NCBI GenBank assembly: GCA_000934665.2
Contig: JYFJ02003358.1
Location: 1-42,996 of the forward strand
Direction of reading: 5' to 3'
DNA from: Catajapyx aquilonaris
Taxonomy: Eukaryota
Length of the DNA stretch: 42,996 nt
Shown piece after piece: positions 32,101 to 42,996 of the stretch (position 1 is its first letter; each line of letters begins with the position of its first letter). The notes under the pieces were generated by a model. It saw nothing but the letters and a program-made list of their open reading frames with translations. It made no database searches and was not told the DNA's origin. A program made the position numbers and the translations under genes.

Positions 32101-35100
32101 GCCTGAGGAAAGATGTCCACTTTTGTCCCTAAAAGCTGGCTAGGACTGGAAGTCAAAAGAAGCGAAGTTCATGCCAGGAATATAATTGGACATCAGTATA
32201 AGGAACAGTATACTCTATGGTGCACTGTACAAATCCCAAGTTCAATGGAAAAGCTATGGATTGGTTGGTCCGGCAACCATGAAAAGAGAAATGGCAGGTT
32301 GGAAGCAACCATCATGGGTATAGTAGCATGTTGGGAACCTTTGCGAAACATTCCTGAATTGATAGAAATACCAGTTATACTCCTTACCCCCAATGAGCAT
32401 GGCGCAAATGCTGAATATTTTTTCAGGTATGGTGTTGGCAGAGACGTTACCAAATCCAACGCTGGTAAGGCTTGTACAGGTGAAGTAGAGTGCAGTCAAG
32501 TATGACTCCGACCTACTTACATTCGTGGGTGGAATTTGTAACTTCTCGGCTAGTAACACAAGCCATCCTGTAAATAAATTTCATAATTAGCAAAATTATC
32601 ACCACCAATGGACATACAGTACACAAGAACATCTTTGAAAGCGTTGCAGTGAATTTAAAAAGTATCAGTATTAATAAACTTATCATCAAGATGACAGAGC
32701 CCAAGTTTGTTAACTGATTTTTCAAAGGACATACTGTCAGATACATTTTATATTGAAGTTAATTTATTGGCACATTGTTTTTGTTGTGCCACGATATTCC
32801 AAAAGTTACCAAGGGCCATTTTGTTATGTTCCTCAACATATTTATGTGGGAGTTGTTCCTAATAATATAAGGATTTAAAAAATGAAACTCCGTGATTCAA
32901 TGATTGAGTTGTTACACTGACAGGCTTGAAAATAGCAATAAAGAAGAAAAGAAAAATTCTGCGTATTCCAGGCATAAATATCCAGCAGCAGCCCTTTGAT
33001 ATTTGAAATCATTGGAAAATGCTATTTTCAGAGCTGGAATTTCATAACTCATGGCTATTGTTAGGAAACACTGAGTTTCACTTTTCTTCTGATATTATTA
33101 GCAAAACCTACATTAAAAGTGGTTGAGGAACATGATGGAAACGATCCTGGCATCCTTCCATAATTCTTAGGTTTGTCGCTAAGTTACCTGTAATAAGTGC
33201 ATTCGGATTACAATATTTGAACGGTTAAGTAGTGGGTCTTTACTGTTTGCTACCAGCAGTAGGCCTATAAGTTTTGGCGTATCGCTTAATACAAGCTAGA
33301 ATATGGATGCCCTTATTAGTGAAAATAGGCCGAATGATTAATCAGGTGCGAGCATTGTCTAAAAATTACTCATACCTAGCATTTAACCCTGCAATTCCCA
33401 CTAATCTAAGTAATTCCCACTGGGCCATATCTGGCACACCATTCAGTGCAATTTTTGCAACTTTTGCAATTTTTATATTTCTTGTAAGTGCCAAATTGCA
33501 CCAAATGGTGTGCCAGATATGACCCAAGGGGCATTACAGGGTTACAGAATAAATTATTAAAACGCTATAATTACGCGAGTTTATGTAGCTCAGATCTGAT
33601 ATCCACTCTTTTTCAACCAATTCGGATACGAGCTGAACCCTAAATCAGAAATCCCTAAACCTATGGTTTATACATTATTTTCTACAATATTGACAATAAA
33701 CCTGCCTTGAGCTTTAAGAAATCTTGAATGATCATAAACATCTTGAACGGCTTGCATCACCAACAAAAACATCCAAATAAATTCAGTGACGAATCATAAT
33801 TATTTGGCCTCACAATAATTTGCATTTTATAATCCAGTGATTTACAATGATGTACAACTCGCCATTAATAATTTTCTTAGCATTATCAATGATATATCTC
33901 GTCATAAATCTCTTGCATCATCAAGGAATGTAGTGGCGTCGAGTCAAATGACTTGCATATCTCACTCACTATAAATATCCCATAATCACACATGCAAATA
34001 TGTAAAAACAAAAAATTTCCCACACCAACACTATCAACCTGCCGCTGAAAGTAAACAGAGCATTACTTGTCCTAACGCAACTAAGCATTTTAAAAATATG
34101 TGATACAGCAGCACACGCGTATGACGAAAAAGGGAAAAGAGATCGGATGATTTCCAGCGTACCCAGAGACGTTCCAGCAGCTGCCCTTTCACTCTTAATC
34201 TCTTTCTCTGCAATGACGTACCAGATGCAAGCCATCCAGTGTGCTGTCAGGGAGAAGAAGAGCATAAGGAGAGTCAGGATCATGGCGCTGTACTGTGAGT
34301 ATCGGTCCATCTTCTGAAGAAGCCGCGCCAGGCGAAGCAACCGAGTCAGTTTCAACAAGTGTATTTCTGCCATAGACTGAAATAGATCAAGAAATAGTAC
34401 CACATTACATACATTTAACCCGTGCCCATCATTTCAAAGTCAAACTGTGCGTAGGCCTATGACAAAAAATATGAGAGGTCATATGACTGTCCTTTTTTTA
34501 TTGACACCAACTACCAGGAAGAACTACAGAATTTGTTCCAAATCAAGTGTTCATAGTGCTACTTAACGATTTTTTTTCGCATAGTAAGGGATGGTTAGCT
34601 CGTGATAAATAAATAAAAGGGTATAATTTTCATAATGCGTTCCTCCTGGTGTATCCATATTGACCTACTACATTCAATTAATCATAAATATGCATACCTT
34701 TTTTGATATGTGATAGACTCAAAGTAATGAATATAATCTGCAAGTTTTAGATATCCTCCCTGGGACAGCTCATAATTACTTAATGAAAATGGAATATGTT
34801 TGATGCAACTTTGGAAGCTAGACTTGTGAAGCGTAAACCACGAAAATGAAGGAAGAAGGATGAGAAAATATCTCTGCGATCTTCAATTTTCATTTTTTTA
34901 CTCCCCCCCCCTACATCTCATTAAGGCTTGACGAAGAAAATGATTAAGAAAATGCCATAGCAAACTTACCCCGCTATAGACATCGGAGGCGTATAGAAGA
35001 TCAAAGGGCAGTGCGGCCAAAAGGTCCAGTATGAACCAACCTTTGAGGTAATTGAGAGCGATGGTCTTAGAATGAGACACCACCTCTCCTTTCTTACTGA

Positions 35101-38100
35101 CGAATGTTGTGCGGAAATTTAAGATAATGTCTGAAAAGGAAAATTCATCGGCTTAATACTATTGGAAGAAGGGCAAAAAAAAAATAATAGAAGCCCCCGC
35201 ACACGTCTTCAGAATAGGACACGATTGAATGTATTGAATTTCGCGCATTACCAAGGGACGCTCCCAGGGCAGCATTTTCTTGAGAGGAATTCAAAGCAGG
35301 TCGACAAGACGGATTCCGATAGATCCCGCCTTGGGTAGAAAGAGGCCAATTTAAACCAAGAGAGTTCAATGCTCATCCAACGAACCAGACCACACTTCGA
35401 CAGGAATGCAATGTCAGATGAAGAAACCCTTCCCTTCTACACATCCACTCACCCATCCCCCTTCTAAGTCTCTTCATTTGCAAGTTACTCGCTCTCTACC
35501 AGAACCCGGTTCTTGTCCTGACCAAATATTTGCCTCACAGTCAGTATTTGATTACTCAAGAGTCGCAGACTAGGCTGCATGTTGGAACCGTACTATTACG
35601 TCCAACTGGCCACAAACGGACGTAATTAAATAGACTTGTAAGTCAATCAGTATTATGAGCTATTTTTTAGATTACGTAAGGCGTACAGTGAATATCAGTT
35701 ATTGGGCGGTATATAAATAAATAAATTCACTTTGATCCTTCCTCGTAAAATCCAAGTAGGCTCATATGCCATCCCCTTTTGCTTCTGAAACTGTGAATAA
35801 TAACCAGAGAGTGAGGATCAAAGTGAGTGAGCAAGTTGAATGGAATCTCCACCAGTTCCTATCATGTTCAAATACAGTGCAGGTATTCAAATTTTGAATG
35901 CAGATATAAAACGATGGTGTTCTTTGTGCAGTTCCTCCTTTTACTGTACAAATCTCTCGCAAATTTTGAAGAAACCCATTATTCGTCTGCATTCTGTCTG
36001 TCTTTTGCTTTGTTACAGCAGCTTTTAAAGGCACCTTTTGCGCCGTAGAATGCTTTATAACAATCAAAATAAGACCATTATAATACTGTGATTCACTTGA
36101 AAGTCAAGAGAGATCATTCAGGATCATATCCAAGAACTTTCCACTCTCTCTATTCATCCCAAAAGGTTTCAAACAGATTATATTCCATTGTAGAGCAAAC
36201 TAAATTCATAACTCCCGCAGGAACAAACACTGCACAGAACTGCACTTTGTCCAGCGTGGCCTTGGTTGCAACTTTAAGTTACAGGGGCCTCAGAAGGGAC
36301 CCTTTAAAATGTGTTCAGCAAGAAAAGCCATCTTTGAATAATTAAAGTATATAGCCCTAATGTGTATTATTTACACACCATACATCAAACATAACGAAGA
36401 TAACTTCTTCATTGAGTTAAGTTATGCTGGGTTCATAACTATGAAGATTCTCACCACTACTGTCCATTTCAGTTATCTTTAATTGACACTAAGCTGCTTA
36501 CTATAAGCAATACTTATTTTAGAAACAGCAACTTTAGAGAATATCAATAATTACTACATTAATTGGTCACCCTGTGCTATACATGTTGACTTGGGGATCC
36601 TCTTTTGAAGTTCAGACTCGATTCAATACCTGCGTTGCTGATGGATTTTGATTGTGGGATGACACTGGACAGCCCTGACAAAATCAACGCGGACACGGTG
36701 AAAACCCATCTAAAGTCTTTCCCCATGAGAATGTGTACTTTAGGGTTAGAGAATATTTTAAATATATTAAGTGCTAATTATAGGATAAAATTTGAAACCA
36801 CTGCTGGAGGTATTGTATATAGGAAAAGTGTCACGTCTCGGGTTTAAGCTCCTTTCGACATTCTTATGCAAATTTACGGTAGTTGATATGATATCTTGTT
36901 ATTTTCATCATACTCTGAAATATCGCAATTCAGTACCTAAACATGTACTGTACGTTCATTCAACCTAATCTTACTATTAATAGTTGTTATAATTTTTCTT
37001 CAGAATAATTGCTAAAAGAAGGAAATTATTGCCAATAAACTTCACACTAAAACTGACATTTCAATTTGAATATTACGTATAGGGTCACCATGATATTGTT
37101 TATCAGTACAGTACCTTGCCATCAGGATATGTAAGCAAATTACACTGCCTTTGACAATGCCGTCCTCGCTATCCATGATACATCGTGTTGCTATTTCGAT
37201 CACTCGAAACGAAAATTACTTCTTGCGTACATAGCCCTTTCGTCACACATCATCCTCCCACACATATACGCCGTAAATCAATGTTCGAAATATGTGTCGC
37301 TATCAATTGCAAAACATGCATAATTTCAAAGAACCCACCTTGCACACGTTTTCATTAATTGATATCACCGCTGACTACACACGGATTGACAGAAACAAAT
37401 TTCCACTCATATGAGCCCACGCGTGTCGCTTTCAATGGCAATATTTCATAAGCATCTCATTGATTCTATCATCAATGTGACACATCCCTGCTTGCATGCT
37501 AATATTTGTCAGAAACTGCTGCGTGGCTCAGTAGAGGACTTACCAAAGATAAACAAGGCTTCGACGACTACGTCTCCTACGACGGAAGGACGCTCCTGGT
37601 CGTCAACAAACGAGGCATTATACGGCACCACCACCGCCACATAGAAAGTGGCGATAAGTATTAGCCAATCCCAGCAGCTTTTGAAGACACCATAATGACT
37701 CAGTATGAAGCGGGACTTCTTCAGGGCGGCTGTCTTGTATTCCGGAAGTGGACCGGCGCTAGGTTGTAACAAAGACTGAAATGTAATGCAGTAGAGCATT
37801 AGTAACATTCAAATCTAAAGGCAGAGAAAAGCATTAAGCATGTTAAATCCCAGTCAAACTAGGAGTTTAAAACACACCGTAAATGCGAGTAAATCTTGTC
37901 TATGTTGTGACCATAATTAAATGTAAGGCATTTAAATCTTCACCTAGGCGTAAAACTAAGTACCGGTAACTTGAAAGAAAAACAATCAAATTAGCGCTCT
38001 TAATGCATTTTAAACTTGGAGCGTAAGATTTTATTAGGATACCACTATTCTTCCTTTGGAGTGCGGAAAATGAGGACATTAACAAGCCTGTCTTGCAAAA

Positions 38101-39855
38101 TTACGACACAGCTTTATGTACTTAAATGTCAGACTATATAAATTTCATTATCAAATGACTTAGAAGAAATGACTGATCACGCGCCCAGGACTGACAACAC
38201 TAATATTTCTTCAGAGAGAGTGCATCTGTCACTTGACAACAGACGAGAAAATGAGTTATATTAATAATTCAGTTCTTCAAATATTTTGGTCGTTGGGACA
38301 GGGAAAATGGAATAATTAGACAGCCTATATCCCGAATTTTTATTTACGGTAGGGTTAAAAATGAAAATTCCAAGTCTATGGTGTGTATTGCACATCGTTT
38401 CGATTAGTTTATTGGGGAAGTTGAGGCGACTAAGGTCTTACTAACTGACTTATTTGGGAAGGAAAGAGGCATTGAAGGTGTTAAAGAGCAATAAATACGC
38501 CTAGCAAATTGTTGATGAAAATTAAAAATATTAAGTGCAGCCTCCGATGAATTACGACCCATTATGCCACTGAGGCAAACGACATAACTCTTTGTTAGAG
38601 TTCCACGCGTGTTTTGATTGCAAGGAAAATCATTTTCAGAATTCCACTCGGGCAGGAAGTAACGACTCAATATTAGCTCCTCCTCCAATCACTGCGCTTC
38701 AATTCCGTTCATTCTGCGGAGAGCAAAAGGTTAAATGGCTTGAAAACACTTAAAGTAGCTTTTTTATTTTTGTTCCGGAAGAGACGGTAAGACAAGGCAT
38801 ATATTTGGTCTCTCCCTGTGACGACCACCATTTCAGTCCGTGCCCTTCAACCAAATGAGTTTGCTTCGCGCGTTTAACGGCATTTTCGCATTTGCTTTAT
38901 GGCCTGGAAGGTGATCCGCGGCGGCTCTCACACTACCTTACACCTAATCAGATCACCTTTCAGGTAAAACTTTCGGTTCCGGAACCGTTAACTCAGCCGG
39001 GGATTTCACACTCTGATTTATGACAGTAAATGCATTACATAGTACGTGCATTAGATATTCAATGCCATTTTAGTACCTTCGTGTAAAAATATATCGGTGG
39101 TAGTATGCAACAAAAGCATATTACTGCTAGATTCAAACATTAATCGACTTTTGAATTATTTAAAAAATATATAGTATGTCCTCTGGCCTTGCAGCCTCTA
39201 GGTACACAAACTGTGATTTCGATCCCTACCGCTGTGAATGGCGCTAAGGTCTCTGGATGGTGATCAGTAGGGGTGAGACTGGTACAAATCAGGTGATCCA
39301 TGAAAGGTGCGACTTCATCCAGCTGGTGGCAGGCGCCCAAACCAAATTAAGTGGAGACTAATTTCCTCTTGGTAATGGGGAAGGGAGAGCAAATCGAGTT
39401 GGGGCAAATCGACCGCAGGGAAATAGAATCATGTACGGGACTTCGACAGGTCTGCGGTCCTACAACTTCTATGGGCAACATATAAATTCAACCTTGTCGC
39501 CTTTTAACCCCTAGTCCAGCAAGGAAATCATACCTCTTCACCTCGAGTAAATCTGTAATCTCCATATTTACTCAGTCGTAACTTCACGAGCTATGTGCCC
39601 AAGTATGTGCCTGATAAAATCGGATCTCTATTTTCAAGATCTTTGGCAAAATATAGTCTACCGATGTTTGTGTAGCGAAAAATTATTTCGAAAAAGTTAG
39701 CAATTTCAATAATATACTCACGTTGTTGAGTTTGAGTTTGCTCTTGCGTCGATCTTGTTTGTAATGTCCTGAAAGCTGGTACAAGACTGCTCTACTTCTG
39801 CGGCGGCCATAATTTGCTGGAGGCGCTTCCGGATCAACATTGCCATTCGCATCCG
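29180..39855 (-). CDS. Elk: Elk-type (KCNH8/KCNH3/KCNH4-like) EAG-family voltage-gated K+ channel, 5' partial (PAS exons outside the window)
   Basis: Exons 39855-39722, 37775-37544, 35130-34970, 34376-34163, 32567-32388, 31086-30887, 30804-30555, 30446-30074, 29932-29716, 29638-29180. Motifs [16 protein letters not shown]4 [23 protein letters not shown], pore [15 protein letters not shown]-linker [32 protein letters not shown], and a C-terminal coiled coil. Confidence 0.95.
33387..33541. mobile_element. 155-bp piggyBac-like foldback MITE in an Elk intron
   Basis: TTAA-CCCT left end and AGGG-TTAC right end. Arms TGGGCCATATCTGGCACACCATT..GTGCAATTT and AAATTGCAC..AATGGTGTGCCAGATATGACCCA are near-perfect inverted copies. 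Confidence 0.7.
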
Positions 39856-40809
39856 CTGAAAGTGACACTCGTAATTAGTTACTGCTGTTATGTACACTTT
39901 GTAAGGCTTAATTGGGATTTTTGGTGATTTTTGAAAATAATTGGGTGCGCGAACGGGATGAGGAATTGGCGTAGGGTATAGGGCGGATAATTTGAGCAGG
40001 GACAATGCATGGAGTGGACAAAAGTAAATGAATCGGTTGAATTCACAGCTGGGCCTGTTTGTGTACACAGCTGAATGTGATACGTCATGTTTGCAGAGGA
40101 AAGCGATCCCCGAGTGAGCTCCAATCACTTGCGGCTAACCGCTCATCAATCCCCTCACGCACTCATATGACACTATCATTTCATGTTGACACATTCCCAT
40201 ATGCGACAGCGGAAAGCTGCCGGGAGCGATGGTCAAAGCTTCAAACATCAATTACCGCTTCTTCAATAGGCAAAGGGAAAATTACGAGAGAGGAACACAA
40301 AACACCGCGTCATGAAGTTACAGGCGTTACGTGTTGTGCATTTCATATATTAGCATGTAGTACACTTGTATACAGAAATTGCTTTATTCAGATGGACATC
40401 TTTTTGGCCCCGGGAAATCTGGCCAGGAGATAACACACAAGCTACACATTGTGACATGTTTGGTTTATAATGATAACGCAATCTCGTTTCTGGTATATCA
40501 GATTTGCATTTATGTAGGTTGGAATTAGTAGACCTATTGGTCGGCTATAAAAAAGAGCAATCAAATGTGCAGTCGCGAGGACATTTATAGGACGGAATTG
40601 GTCAAGCGTGCGACAACGAATTCACTATAAAATTGACAATGTCTCTTCTCTAATTCTATTTTACGTGGTCGAGTAAACATCCATAATGACGTCCCATGTA
40701 CTGCAGTCTACAAGCAATTGGAGTAGAGCAATCACCGACTTTGAATTGATCCACTTGAAAGTTCTTATATATACCTTCATCATCATTATATGCTCGCAAC
40801 TGTAGGCTA

Positions 40810-40876
<67 letters not shown>
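40810..40876. repeat. (AAT)n microsatellite
   Basis: About 22 perfect units. Confidence 0.97.
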
Positions 40877-41281
40877 GAGGGGTGCTTTTCACCTTTTCGA
40901 TAAAGCACGAACAGTATAGCCTACTACACACGACTATACATGACTCATGCAAATGTTGACATAGAGGGAGGGGAAGTGTCCCCGGGGAAACTCCCGTCAT
41001 TGTCATTGTCAAATCATTTAGGTCAATCTGCAGTCAGAGCTCACGCTAAAACTCACTGGATACCCTTTTAATTCGGACATTCTGGTGTAACTTAACTATA
41101 CGAATGGTATCACAATATGCCAGGTATGTACTGTATAATCCGCTTGTTTAATATATCTGTGTTTTTCGAAGGTCCCATAATATATTATGACGCTATAGCT
41201 GTAGTGAACCACGCTGCTATCACTGGGTCTGACCAAAAGATAAGGAAAACTGTCCAATTTTAATCTGTTGTCTGGATGGGA

Positions 41282-41284
<3 letters not shown>

Positions 41285-41331
<47 letters not shown>
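41285..41331. repeat. (TC)n microsatellite
   Basis: About 23 perfect units. Confidence 0.97.
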
Positions 41332-41333
<2 letters not shown>

Positions 41334-42996
41334 CCTTTCAGGCAGAGCATTGAACAATAGCGGTCGCTCCACCAGCTTGAGGGCTATTGTTTGCTGAAGT
41401 GTTCCAAGTCGCGTTCGGTTATCACAGTGCAACCTGAGATTATAAGGCGAATCGACAGTCCCTCGCCATGTGAGAAAAACATTCGCCGGTGCTATCAGTG
41501 TAGACCCAGGAGAAAAGTTGCCTCTGCAAAGCGAAAATAAGCCCTGGACGACATCGAGTGTAGGACGGTGTAGTGAAGGTGCAAAGAATTGTAAACTTTT
41601 TGGCGACCGTAAAAGTCGGTAAACCAAAGTGGAGTTCTGAAATAGTGATCCCTCATGGGGAGAGCTTGGCGAAGTCTATTGCAAGTGACAAGTTGCTAAA
41701 GCAGGTATGCAGTTGCTTGAGCCCTTTGCACACCACGAGGAAAAAGGACAAGAGCACTACGAGATGTATACTGTATGAATTGGATTATAGTGTGAGAGAA
41801 TGCCATGTGACGCGCGGAACAAACATAGTGACAGTGAAGGTCATATATAAAACCTAGGTCAGTTTTCCTATTGTTTTCTGAACAGATGTTCAACAGCCAT
41901 TTCAGCTAGACAAAATGTAGATTACTTACCTAGAATATAGGCTACTGCATACAGTGTGACGTAAATGTTTGACAATTTAATTACAAAGGAAACAAAAGCA
42001 AATATTACTCTTGTCCTGCAAAAATGTAGATCGGAATGACGCTGACGTCGCGTCGCCACTGACTCTACCGAGAAATTTTCTTCATAATGCAAGTTGCAGA
42101 ACATTCTGGAATGCGCATAGGCCTTCACACAACCCTGCTTTTTTTTGGTAGATTTTTCTAGGTGAAATGTTGCCTCGAAAATATTGGTCGACTTGTTTCG
42201 CATCACATCGTCCAAGAAACGTTCGGAATTGACTGATCCGTGGAAGAAAAATGAACTTAACCTTCATTCGATTTCTCTGCACGGACCCCCAAAAGTCTGT
42301 GAAGCCCTGCAGATATAGGAAGGAAAGGTATCGTAAGATCGGGAGGACGTTAAATATCGATCATTTTGGGCTTGTTTGAAAAATGTTGCTTGCACATTTG
42401 GGGACAGAGCCTGTCCGTGCATGCATGTGACATGTACTGTCAACAGCCCGACCTGAAACACAAGCGCATACATTTTAACAAAACACATTATTTTGTGAAT
42501 ATGCGCACTGATTAAAGTTGCACGCAATATTCTACACTTTAATGCAGAAGTTCACCTTTGGATATTTGGGTTTACTTTTTGTTTAATAAGAAACCTTCAG
42601 TGCACAACTTCTCAGGCCCAATAAAGTGAGTGTAGTAGTCCAGAAAAAGAGAGAAAAATGGCATTTTTCGCATTCCTATACGTTACGACTCCTATTCGCG
42701 AGACCCACGGCCTGTAGAGGCGCTGAAGTCAAATCCAAGATGGACGACAGCGGGGGTACCCGAGCAGGCAGTAGACAGGGCATGAGCTTGGCAAGAGGCA
42801 GGGAGAGCAGCAGACAGGGCTGAGCACGCGCTATGTGGGCAGGGAGGGGGCCAGGGTGGGCAGGTGGGGCAGGCCCCGGGTCGAGGCAGAGAATTAGCTG
42901 AGCCGATACCTACGGAAATAGCTGGGAGAGGGCTCGGCTGTATAGGGGAGTGGGTCCAGACGTGCATGGTGACATTTGGGAATTAATTGCGGCCAA

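Noticed and set aside
40656..41627. Poly-Leu and (ER)n ORFs
   Set aside because: Translations of (AAT)n and (TC)n microsatellites.

Overview
Eukaryotic, intron-containing arthropod-like genomic DNA (AT-rich, many 50-110 nt introns; possibly crustacean, species not determinable). In order: a large terminal exon of an unidentified Ser/Lys-rich gene (+); two secreted multi-domain C-type lectin genes A and B (+); a complete phosphorylase kinase beta subunit gene (-); two more lectin paralogs C and D (-); and the 3' part of an Elk/KCNH8-type EAG-family potassium channel gene (-). Introns hold a deleted mariner element, two MITE-like inverted-repeat elements and microsatellites. The main finding comes from splicing the lectin genes by hand. 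All four share small N-terminal exons that the ORF track largely misses, encoding a signal peptide and a Nimrod-type CCxGY cysteine module (with a recognisable NIM repeat in gene D). This is followed by an RKKR convertase site (B, C, D), an acidic Tyr/S-x-E repeat linker, and 2-5 C-type lectin domains. All gene models are manual GT/GC-AG reconstructions whose lengths sum to whole codons. No database search was run, so novelty is unverified.
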